Shown here one piece after another: positions 28,173 through 36,804 of a DNA stretch of 64,000 nt. The position numbers and the translations under genes were made by a program. The notes under the pieces were generated by a model that made no database searches, was not told the DNA's origin, and saw only the letters and a list, made by a program, of their open reading frames with translations. Within the stretch, counting starts at the first letter, position 1, and each line of letters starts with the position of its first letter. Origin of the DNA: Candidatus Bathyarchaeia archaeon (lineage in GTDB: Archaea > Thermoproteota > Bathyarchaeia > Bathyarchaeales > Bathyarchaeaceae); assembly GCA_041653695.1 (NCBI GenBank), contig JBAZEV010000001.1, positions 9,737 to 73,736 of the forward strand, read 5' to 3'.

Positions 28173-29696
28173 ATGGAACTCAAAAAGGCAGCATTGTTTA
28201 CTGTGCTTGTTAGTGTTCTTGTGTTTTGCTTATGTTCCCAGTTTGTTAGTTTAGCTTGGGCAAATTTTTTGCCTGTTCCCACACCGCAACCTAATTACAC
28301 CATAAAATCTGACGGAACAATTGAACCATCAACTGCGCCTATCAAGCGGAGTGGAAGTGTCTATACTCTTACAGGTGACGTTTTCAACACAACAATAGCG
28401 ATAGAAAAAGACAACAGCATCCTTGACGGGGGCGGTTTCACCCTTTACGGGACTGGGCAATCGTCTACTGGCGTTTTCATCTATAATCATCGGGGCATAA
28501 CAGTTAGAAACATGAACATCAAGAACCACGGTTACGGCATTCGTATAGGCACTGACGTTTTTCATGATTATCCAGATGGCAGCCACGTTGTTTCTGGGAA
28601 CAACCTGACAGAAAACAAGTACGGAATCTACATTGTTTATTCATGCAATAACGTGTTAACAAACAACAAGCTAAACAACAACAATTACGCTCTGTATGTT
28701 GCGGACAGCCCGCTTAACCAATCCATTTCACATTTTGTTAACGATATTGGGGTATCAAACACCGTTAACGGCAAACCTGTGTGTTATTGGGTTAACCAGC
28801 ACGACCGTTCTGTTCCATCTGACGCGGGGTATGTCTGTTTATTGTACTGCAGCAACATTTTGGCTCAAAACTTGGACCTTACTGGGAAAAGTGAAGAAAT
28901 AATCCTATATGCCACTTATTGGTCGCAGATAACTGGCTGTAACATAACAAACAATGATGGCAACGGCATCTCCTTGTCGAAGTCCTGTAACAACAGCGTG
29001 TCATTAAACACCATAGCAAACAACGGAAAATATGGAATCTACATCGATAATTCCGAAAACAACGACATTTTTGAAAACACAATAACATCCAACTTCAAAG
29101 GAATCGAAGCATACAACAGTGGCTCAAACAACCGCTTCGTTAAGAACACAATAACCCAAAACACCGAATACGGCATCAGCTTCAACTGGAGCCAAAACCA
29201 AAACTATATTTCTGAAAACTACATCGCACAAAACGGCAAAGGCATGATTCTAAAAGAATCCTCCAGCAACACAATCGTGGGAAACACCATAAAAGAAAAC
29301 AATGGTTGGGCACTGCAAATTGAAGGCGGCGCAGACAACATCATTTACCATAACCACTTTGTAAACAACAACGTAACTGATGGTCTGCAGGTGTCTATAC
29401 CTGGTTTATGGGAACCTGGCGTTTGGCAAGCTGGAAACCCCAACGTTTGGGATGACGGCGAAAAAGGCAACTACTGGAGCGACTACTTTACAAGGTACCC
29501 TAACGCCTCAGAAATCGGGGACACATCAATAGGCGATACACCGTTTTACATCAACCCAAACAACATCGACCATTACCCCGTAACTGAATACGATGCAATC
29601 CCAGAGTTTCCAATGTTGAGTATCTTACCCGTTTTGTTATCTTCTGCGTTGTTGGTGCTGTTTTTCAAAAAACGAGTAACACGTTACCATCAATAA
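28173..29696 (+). CDS. NosD-like right-handed beta-helix surface protein with a PEF-CTERM-type sorting signal
   Basis: Signal peptide. Many ~22-aa PbH1-type repeats (..N.I..N...GI.....N.). GNYWSDY..GDTPFYI..D.YP. C-terminus IPEFPMLSILPVLLSSALLVLFFKKR. Confidence 0.8.
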   Translation: MELKKAALFTVLVSVLVFCLCSQFVSLAWANFLPVPTPQPNYTIKSDGTIEPSTAPIKRSGSVYTLTGDVFNTTIAIEKDNSILDGGGFTLYGTGQSSTGVFIYNHRGITVRNMNIKNHGYGIRIGTDVFHDYPDGSHVVSGNNLTENKYGIYIVYSCNNVLTNNKLNNNNYALYVADSPLNQSISHFVNDIGVSNTVNGKPVCYWVNQHDRSVPSDAGYVCLLYCSNILAQNLDLTGKSEEIILYATYWSQITGCNITNNDGNGISLSKSCNNSVSLNTIANNGKYGIYIDNSENNDIFENTITSNFKGIEAYNSGSNNRFVKNTITQNTEYGISFNWSQNQNYISENYIAQNGKGMILKESSSNTIVGNTIKENNGWALQIEGGADNIIYHNHFVNNNVTDGLQVSIPGLWEPGVWQAGNPNVWDDGEKGNYWSDYFTRYPNASEIGDTSIGDTPFYINPNNIDHYPVTEYDAIPEFPMLSILPVLLSSALLVLFFKKRVTRYHQ

Positions 29697-29776
29697 TGTG
29701 GGTCTGCTGTTTATTCGAAAAACAGATATTACGTTACGTTGTATCCTTTTTGTGAGACAAACAAGGAAAGTGGTTT

Positions 29777-30427
29777 ATGTTGGCACAAAAGTTAGGAGAA
29801 ATTCAAAAACCTGCGGTTGACAGTTTTGTTTTGGCAAAAAAACTGTTTTGTTTACCTTTGATACCCCGATTCGAAAGCGAAACCATCCAAAAAGTGCTGC
29901 AACAAAGCATAGACCTGTTTTGGCAACAAGCCGATAAACAAGTCAGCGAACTTGAACGCACAGGAAAGGTTTCTTACATATTCTACGAGTCTGTAACCGC
30001 GGACGGCGACGTTGGACTGGATGTCATTAAACAGATTAACGACCAAAGCTACAACCTTGTCAAAGAAAAACTTGGTCAAGGCGCAAAACTTGTATCAATC
30101 GAAGAGGAAGAAACATTCAACGAGTACCTTGACTGGTCTATCTGTTTGTCGGTTGTCAGGAAAAGCTACAGTGTACTTAACAAGATTCTTGGGTTTCATC
30201 AGGAAATCTCCAAGAAACGTGTCGAGAATATCGCCAAAAAGATACAAGACACCCTGCAAAGCGGCGAAACTGGACTGCTTGTAATGACGGATGAGAACAG
30301 GTTGCAGGTTCAGTCGCTTTTGTCTGATGATATTCAGGTGTTTTTGGTTCGTCCACCCGCATTGAATGATATTGAACACTTTTTCAGGGACTACATGAAG
30401 CAACAAAATGAGGCAGAATGTTCGTAG
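29777..30427 (+). CDS. Hypothetical cytoplasmic protein
   Basis: 216-aa ORF with no TM segment, signal peptide or recognised motif. Confidence 0.5.
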   Translation: MLAQKLGEIQKPAVDSFVLAKKLFCLPLIPRFESETIQKVLQQSIDLFWQQADKQVSELERTGKVSYIFYESVTADGDVGLDVIKQINDQSYNLVKEKLGQGAKLVSIEEEETFNEYLDWSICLSVVRKSYSVLNKILGFHQEISKKRVENIAKKIQDTLQSGETGLLVMTDENRLQVQSLLSDDIQVFLVRPPALNDIEHFFRDYMKQQNEAECS

Positions 30428-30534
30428 GTGCTGGACTGTTATTGGGAAATTGATACCTTTATAAGATATGACATACGTCATATATTATTGGGGGTTATTC
30501 TATAACAAACAAAAAAACAGTCCTAACACACATT

Positions 30535-31350
30535 TTGCTTGTAACCTTAACCCTTTCATTACTCTTCACCACAGTTCAAATCGGCAACACCGCCCAAGCA
30601 ACCACTGACCCAATACCCCTCCAAGGCGTAGAAATACAAGAATACCAAGGAAAAGACCTTTCTTCAATCAACGACTTCTACGAAAACTCAATCAACGGAC
30701 CCCAATACATCGACACCGCAACCTACAACCTTACAGTTTTTGGGCTTGTACAAAACAACCTCACATTGACCTATAACCAGATTCTGGGCAGTTTTCAAGC
30801 ATACAAAAAAGTTGTAACCCTGTACTGCGTAGAAGGATGGGACGTCACAATACTCTGGGAAGGCATATTACTCAAAGACATTCTTGCACAAACACCAATT
30901 TCTCCACAAGCAAACACGCTAATATTTTATGCCCAAGACGGCTACACAACCGCGCTACCGTTAGATTACATCGTGGACAACAACATAATGATAGCCTACA
31001 AAATGAACAACGTAACCCTGCCCGCAGAACGCGGTTACCCCTTCGAGTTAGTCGCCGAAAGCCAAGCAGGCTACAAGTGGATACGGTGGATAACCCAAAT
31101 CGAAGTATCCTCCAACCAAGACTACCTTGGATACTGGGAAAGCCGCGGCTGGACCAACAACGCATACGTGAGCGGTCCAATCACACCAGACCAAAATGGC
31201 GTTTTTCTGTTACGACCCGCACCCCAACCAGGCAGCGGCGCACCTGAAATACCTGAATTTGCATCGTGGACTATTATCCCAATTATTGCAACCTCTACCG
31301 TGGTTTTGTTGCAGTTCAGAAAGAAACTAAACAAAAAAGCTACACGTTAA
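30535..31350 (+). CDS. Molybdopterin-oxidoreductase-fold (sulfite oxidase/MsrP-like) exported protein with a PEF-CTERM-type signal
   Basis: LYCVEGWDVTILWEGILLKDIL, GYTTALPLDY, ERGYPFELVAESQAGYKWIRWITQIEV. C-terminus IPEFASWTIIPIIATSTVVLLQFRKKLNKK. The start is uncertain: TTG 30535, while the in-frame upstream ..ITNKKTVLTHI looks like a missing n-region. Confidence 0.7.
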   Translation: MLVTLTLSLLFTTVQIGNTAQATTDPIPLQGVEIQEYQGKDLSSINDFYENSINGPQYIDTATYNLTVFGLVQNNLTLTYNQILGSFQAYKKVVTLYCVEGWDVTILWEGILLKDILAQTPISPQANTLIFYAQDGYTTALPLDYIVDNNIMIAYKMNNVTLPAERGYPFELVAESQAGYKWIRWITQIEVSSNQDYLGYWESRGWTNNAYVSGPITPDQNGVFLLRPAPQPGSGAPEIPEFASWTIIPIIATSTVVLLQFRKKLNKKATR

Positions 31351-31358
31351 CTGGTTTG

Positions 31359-31871
31359 CTACTGTTTAGTTCTAAACATCTTGTAACGCTGCAGCCGTGG
31401 CCAACCAGTTTTAGCATATTTCATCATGGACGGGTTTTCTTTAAGCCAATCCATCATGTGAAAAAAGCTTCGCGCCATCTGTGTTTCCCTGTTCTCTAGG
31501 GGCTCGTAACCCAGGTTTCGTATCTCATCCAGATACGCGGTTTCGATAAGGTCTTGTGCCTCGCCTTCTACTTTGATTCGTTTTACACGTTCCTCGCCAT
31601 ACTTCTTTTTGGCTACCTCAAACGCATCATCAAAGATATAGCCCCTGCACATGTGAATTTCCTCTTCTGGGGCTGGTTTTAGTTGGTCTAACAGTTTTGT
31701 TACAATTTTTGTGCACTGTTTAAGGTACGCCTTTTGCGAAAAAAATTCGCTCTTGAAGTATTTCACGTCGATGATTTCGTACTTGAACGCGTTACCTGAA
31801 TCGTGGTATGCACCGATGACAACACCATAAAGCAAATCCCCGCTTCCTGCGTCATCCATTATAATCGTCAT
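31359..31871 (-). CDS. Hypothetical conserved protein (N-terminus reminiscent of the RNase HII DEAG motif)
   Basis: 170-aa ORF. IIMDDAGSGDLLYGVVIG resembles GIDEAGRGPxxGPLVV of RNase HII. The rest is not alignable by eye. Confidence 0.5.
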   Translation of the reverse strand: MTIIMDDAGSGDLLYGVVIGAYHDSGNAFKYEIIDVKYFKSEFFSQKAYLKQCTKIVTKLLDQLKPAPEEEIHMCRGYIFDDAFEVAKKKYGEERVKRIKVEGEAQDLIETAYLDEIRNLGYEPLENRETQMARSFFHMMDWLKENPSMMKYAKTGWPRLQRYKMFRTKQ

Positions 31872-31977
31872 TTCGTTGTCCCTTTGTTGTTCAGAGAATC
31901 TATTTTGCTATAATAAAAACAGTCCGCTGTATTGTAACGAATCAAACATAAGTACAAGCAATCCCAGAAACCTGACA

Positions 31978-32478
31978 TTAAACGTTTAACTCGATAAACT
32001 TAACACCCAAACTAACAGTATCCAGCACCGCAACCGTGGATTTACCACTCAGATAACCGCAGACCTCACCTGGATTAATCACAAGCATTCCACCTTTCCG
32101 GTAACTTTTAGCCTCATGACTATGACCACACACCAAAACGTCGTGGCTCTCCAACTCAAGAAGCGACCGCATCAACTCAGTATCGTCCCCATGTAGTAAC
32201 GCAATCCGCAGTCCATCAACAGACTCAAACGCAAACCTGCCCCGAATATCCGAGCCCAGTTCAGCAAACCGTTTTTTCAACCCATTTTTGTCGCCGTCGT
32301 TATTTCCGAACACCCCAATCAGCGGAGCTTTCAATTCTTTGAATCTGGATGCAATAAACGGGGCAACAAAGTCTCCTGCGTGAAAAACAAGTTCCACTTT
32401 TTCTTCATTCAACTTTTTTATTGCCTTATCTATCAACGGAACACAGTCATGCGTATCTGACATAATGCCTACAATCAT
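31978..32478 (-). CDS. MJ0936/YfcE-family metallophosphodiesterase
   Basis: MSDTHD, HAGDFV, GNNDGD, LLHGD and CGHSHE, in a 166-aa protein. Confidence 0.85.
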   Translation of the reverse strand: MIVGIMSDTHDCVPLIDKAIKKLNEEKVELVFHAGDFVAPFIASRFKELKAPLIGVFGNNDGDKNGLKKRFAELGSDIRGRFAFESVDGLRIALLHGDDTELMRSLLELESHDVLVCGHSHEAKSYRKGGMLVINPGEVCGYLSGKSTVAVLDTVSLGVKFIELNV

Positions 32479-32595
32479 ACATGAATCACCAATTCAACAC
32501 GGTTCCTGTACCTTAATTCCAAAACAACAAATGCAATAACCTAAATATGAATTATCCCAAACCAGTTTTGTGGCACTTACCCGTAATCCGTTCTT

Positions 32596-33669
32596 TTGTT
32601 CCGAAAACATTTTACAACCGATGTGCGTAGTATCGTGGCGGTGGAAAATTTGGCATCACTAAGGTCATTGGGACCCTCATTAACCAGAATCACCACTGCC
32701 GGTGCTGTTGGCGCAGCACTGCACATTGGTCAAGGAGACAAAAACCTAGTAGACGCAACCGCTGTTGATTTTTCACGAGCAGTATTAAACCAAACCGAAG
32801 TCGACGGCGAAGTAATCTCCTGTGAAGGACCAAAAGATAATGCTCCAGCATTTTTGTATAAAGAGAAAGTTGGAACCGGCAGCGGACCTAAAGTTGAATT
32901 TGTTATAGACCCAGTTGACGGTACAACTGCAACATCTAAAGGGCGTAAAGACGCAATTTCTGCTCTTGCTTGTGCACCCGCTGGATGTTTACAGGTTTTA
33001 CCTGACGACGGATACTACTTCAAGGTGGCAACTGACTATCATTCTATGGGTCAAATCTCTTTGGATATGTCTGTTGAAGAAATTGTTAGAACCGTTGCTG
33101 ATGCAAAGGATTTGTCGCTTGAAAACTTCACCGTAATTATGCTTGAACGTGACCGCCACATTGACATTTTAAGCCGCCTGCGAAAACTTGGAGTAAGGAT
33201 AGTTTTGCTTCCCGACGGCGATATTGCCGCTGCTGTTGTTGCGTGTATTCCCGATAGTGGAGTTGACCTTCTTATCGGAGCTGGTGCTGGACCTGAAGCA
33301 ACCATAGCCGCAACTGCGGTGAAATGCCTTCGTGGTACAATGCTGGTGAATGTTTGGCGCGACAAAAAAGATGACCCTGAACGGCTGAACCGTTTAACTG
33401 CTGTTGGTGTTGACGTGAACAAGACCTACAACGAAAACGAGTTAGCAAAAGGCAACGAACTGGTTTTTGCTGCTTCTGGTGTGACAAAAGGTGAGCTTTT
33501 GGATGGTGTACGTTTCACTTCAACTGGTGCTGTTGTCAGTTCCATGTGTGTCCGATTACCCAGTGGAACCATAGAAAAATCGGAAACCACGCTCAGGTTC
33601 AGAGACCACCCAATATACAAAACTGTTGACTTGAATGGACACCCGCTTCACAGTCACAACATTTTCTAA
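32596..33669 (+). CDS. glpX: Fructose-1,6-bisphosphatase class II (GlpX-type)
   Basis: GQGDKNLVDATAVD, VIDPVDGTTATSKGRKDAISALA, LLPDGDIAAAV, LIGAGAGPEA. Confidence 0.85.
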   Translation: MFRKHFTTDVRSIVAVENLASLRSLGPSLTRITTAGAVGAALHIGQGDKNLVDATAVDFSRAVLNQTEVDGEVISCEGPKDNAPAFLYKEKVGTGSGPKVEFVIDPVDGTTATSKGRKDAISALACAPAGCLQVLPDDGYYFKVATDYHSMGQISLDMSVEEIVRTVADAKDLSLENFTVIMLERDRHIDILSRLRKLGVRIVLLPDGDIAAAVVACIPDSGVDLLIGAGAGPEATIAATAVKCLRGTMLVNVWRDKKDDPERLNRLTAVGVDVNKTYNENELAKGNELVFAASGVTKGELLDGVRFTSTGAVVSSMCVRLPSGTIEKSETTLRFRDHPIYKTVDLNGHPLHSHNIF

Positions 33670-33681
33670 GCCTAAAAAATC

Positions 33682-33730
33682 CTCATACTATGGCTAACGG
33701 GCGCTGCCGTAGTATGAGACCTTTTTGTAT
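33682..33730 (+). terminator. 13-bp stem hairpin plus T-run after glpX
   Basis: CTCATACTATGGC-(11 nt)-GCCGTAGTATGAG with one G-U pair, followed by ACCTTTTTGTATT. Begins 13 nt after the stop codon. Confidence 0.45.
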
Positions 33731-34160
33731 TCACATATTTTTGATTCAACTCGCTCACTCAGAAACAACCCGATTTTTCCAAAGAATGCGCCTTAGCCAC
33801 CTTTTGTCGTTGTTGTGCGCAACAAAACGTTTGACCACAAAGCAGCCCAAACTATTACTACAATGAACTCGTCAACAGGATACCGGGGTCATCTGGGGGC
33901 TTCTGGAAAACAAACTACTTGCCCTGAGCTTTTAGGTGTTCATTACCAAAAATTGAAGTTTTTTGTCAGATTTTTCCGCGGGTAGCTGATGTTTTCAGTT
34001 TGTGTAACAATAAAAACGGTCAGTTTAACGTATATTTAGGGGTATGTTTATGAATAAGTTGTTATGTGTTTAGGGAATTGGATGTCACATGGTGGAATAA
34101 TGAAAATGACCGCTCTAGTATACGTTGTCAGGCCGCGGACGTAACAGGTAAGGAATTACT

Positions 34161-36134
34161 GTGACAGACCCCTTATTGTTCGTTTTCGGAGTAGGCATGG
34201 TCGCCATTCTAGTAGCATCCTTCATTACACGTTGGATTCTTAAACGCGACTCTGGCACCACACGTATGCAAGAAGTAGGCAGCTACATTGTTCTTGGCAC
34301 AAATGCTTACCTCAAACGACAATTCAAAACCATTGTTCTGGTAGTGCCCTTTCTAACCCTTATCACATTTGTTCTGTTAGGTTGGGCTACCGCTTTAGCG
34401 TTTGTTTTTGGTGTCTTTCTTTCCCTGTTTGCAGGCTACGTGGGCATGAGTGTTGCCGTAAGAGCAAACTTGAGAACCGCAAGTGCAGCTAGATACTCTT
34501 CGTCAAAAACGTTGAGGGTCGGTTTTCTGGGTGGCGCAGTTATGGGATTGGCTGTTCCGGGGATTAGCCTTGTTGCGTTGTTTTTGATTTATGTGACTTT
34601 AAATGATGTTTCGGCGCTTGTTGGTTTTGGTTTTGGAGCCAGTTTGGCTGCGTTGTTTGCGCAGATTGGTGGAGGAATTTTCACTAAATCTGCTGACATT
34701 GGAGCCGATTTGGTTGGAAAAATTGAAATGGAAATCCCCGAAGATGACCCCCGAAACCCCGCAGTTGTTGCCGATTTGGTTGGCGACAACGTTGGTGACT
34801 GCGCTGGACGTGGCTCAGACCTGTTCCAGACTTTCAGCGGCGATATCACTACTGGTATGTTGATGGGTGTCCTGTTTTTGTCACAGTATGGTCCTAATGG
34901 TATCATTTTTCCGTTTATTCTTGAGGCTGTTGGGGTTCTCTCGTCCATTGTGGGAATCGGTTTAGTGCGGCAGTGGAAGCGGATAAGCGCAACTGGTTCG
35001 TTAATGATTGGACTTTTGGCATCCGCGTTTCTGAGCCTTATTGGTTTGTTGTATTTGTCAACCAACTTTCTAAACGATGTCCGCTTGTTCTACGCAGGCA
35101 TTTTTGGCGTAGCCGCGATGCTTGTTTGTATCATAATCACGTTGTATTACACTGGTCTTGGGCGTGGACCAGTACACAGCGTTGCCGAAGCCTCCCAAGC
35201 TGGCGCAGCATTAAACGTTATAAAAGGGTTAGCTACTGGACTTGAAACCCCGTTGCTGCCTATGATTGCTGTTTTAGCTGCTGTGGTGGGCTCGTATGTT
35301 GTTACTGGCAACTCGATTTATGGGCTGGTAATAACCAACATTGCCACAGATTTTGCTTTGGCGTTCATTATGGCTTCTGACGCGTTTGGTCCAATTACTG
35401 ATAACGCCGCGGGTATCGCGGAGATGTCTGGAGTCTCGGGTGAAGCCTCTGAGACCCTGAACAGTTTAGACGCTGTTGGGAACACCATGAAAGCCGCAAC
35501 TAAAGGCTACGCAATGGCGTCAGGCACGGTTACGTCTTTTCTGATTTTTGCAACATATTTTGCTACAGCCAACATTTCGGTGATTTCTATCGGTGACCCC
35601 TATGGTATTGCTGCCCTGTTTCTGGGTGTTGTTTTGCCGTTGCCGCTGGTTTCTTTGACAATACGGGCAACTGCTGATGGTGCATTCAAAATGGTGGATG
35701 AGGTACGTCTGCAGTTTAAAGAGAAGATTGGTCTAAGAGAAGGCACAACTACTCCTGATTACGCACGGTGCATCGACATCGCAACCAGAAACGCTTTGAA
35801 CAAAATGGTTTTTCCAGGAATCATCGCAATTGCCACTCCAATAGTTGTTGGTTTCCTGTTTGGGGCAACAGCGTTGGGTATGCTGCTTATTGGTGCCACC
35901 TCTTCGGCGGCTATGTTGGGGTTCTTCTTCAACAACACAGGTGCCCTGTTGGATAATGCAAAGAAACTTGTTGAAAGCGGGTTGTATGGTGGACCAAAAT
36001 CTGATACTCACAAGGCAACTGTTGTTGGCGACACCGTGGGTGACCCACTCAAAGATGTTGCTGGTCCAGCTGTTCTGATTTTCATGAAACTGTTAGGTTT
36101 AACGGCGTTGCTGATTCTTCCTTTGTTATTGTAA
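34161..36134 (+). CDS. hppA: Membrane-bound proton/sodium-translocating pyrophosphatase
   Basis: 657 aa, polytopic. GGGIFTKSADIGADLVGK, DDPRNPAVVADLVGDNVGDCAGRGSDLF, and the C-terminal GDTVGDPLKDVAGPA. Confidence 0.95.
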   Translation: MTDPLLFVFGVGMVAILVASFITRWILKRDSGTTRMQEVGSYIVLGTNAYLKRQFKTIVLVVPFLTLITFVLLGWATALAFVFGVFLSLFAGYVGMSVAVRANLRTASAARYSSSKTLRVGFLGGAVMGLAVPGISLVALFLIYVTLNDVSALVGFGFGASLAALFAQIGGGIFTKSADIGADLVGKIEMEIPEDDPRNPAVVADLVGDNVGDCAGRGSDLFQTFSGDITTGMLMGVLFLSQYGPNGIIFPFILEAVGVLSSIVGIGLVRQWKRISATGSLMIGLLASAFLSLIGLLYLSTNFLNDVRLFYAGIFGVAAMLVCIIITLYYTGLGRGPVHSVAEASQAGAALNVIKGLATGLETPLLPMIAVLAAVVGSYVVTGNSIYGLVITNIATDFALAFIMASDAFGPITDNAAGIAEMSGVSGEASETLNSLDAVGNTMKAATKGYAMASGTVTSFLIFATYFATANISVISIGDPYGIAALFLGVVLPLPLVSLTIRATADGAFKMVDEVRLQFKEKIGLREGTTTPDYARCIDIATRNALNKMVFPGIIAIATPIVVGFLFGATALGMLLIGATSSAAMLGFFFNNTGALLDNAKKLVESGLYGGPKSDTHKATVVGDTVGDPLKDVAGPAVLIFMKLLGLTALLILPLLL

Positions 36135-36178
36135 GTAACCAAATCTGCGCCTGAAACCAGACCGCTAAATTGTCTGAG

Positions 36179-36625
36179 TTATTTTTCGAATACTTCAGGA
36201 ACTGGGTAGCTGGTGCGTCCGATTGCTTCCATTAAATCGTCTGTGAACGTTTTTTTGCTCATGTGTTTTGCGAAGTCCGCGGTTGTTATTATTCCGACTA
36301 GTTTGTTGTCTTTTATTACTGGTAGCCTGCGGATTCTTTTTCTGACCATTCTTCTGGCTGCTTCTTTAAGCGGAGCATCTGGGTCAATTACTCTTAGTGG
36401 TGTAGACATTATTTCCGCAATTTTTGTGTCTGACGTTTTTTCTTTGGCTATGCATCTTCTTACGAAGTCGCGTTCAGTAACGATTCCCACTGGGATGTTG
36501 TTTTGCATAACAATTAGGCTGCCAACATCCTTTTGTGCCATTAAGGTTGCGGCTTCAGAAACAGTTTTGTTTGATTCAATAGTTACAACCTTTGTGGTCA
36601 TAACTTCCTTAACTTTCGTCATCAA
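36179..36625 (-). CDS. CBS-domain pair protein
   Basis: Two CBS repeats: VKEVMTTKVVTIE..VGSLIVM..GIVTERD and IAEIMSTPLRVID..IRRLPVIK..GIITTAD. Confidence 0.85.
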   Translation of the reverse strand: MMTKVKEVMTTKVVTIESNKTVSEAATLMAQKDVGSLIVMQNNIPVGIVTERDFVRRCIAKEKTSDTKIAEIMSTPLRVIDPDAPLKEAARRMVRKRIRRLPVIKDNKLVGIITTADFAKHMSKKTFTDDLMEAIGRTSYPVPEVFEK

Positions 36626-36804
36626 ATATCACACGGGTACCTGAAACCATAAAAGCCTTATGCACCCCAAATCGTGTTCGCGGCACAGTTCTGCGCAACT
36701 AGAAAATCGTTCATTTCGTTTTGTTGCATGACTACATTTTTCACCATTTTTCGAATAAATCTGACACACAAAACGCATAATAGGAAACAATGTAACAATA
36801 GTAC

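Noticed and set aside
33960-34160. Candidate C/D-box sRNA or leader peptide (20-codon ORF MSHGGIMKMTALVYVVRPRT) in the long hppA leader
   Set aside because: The CTGATG and CTGA-like strings are not at proper C/D spacing and have no terminal stem. The mini-ORF has no SD. Nothing supports either beyond chance.
34589-35065. 158-aa minus-strand ORF and several plus-strand alternative-frame ORFs inside hppA
   Set aside because: They are fully embedded in a strongly supported 657-aa H+-PPase gene, so they are shadow ORFs. The same reasoning applies to 30837-31247, 61598-62104, 6586-6948 and 11469-11780.
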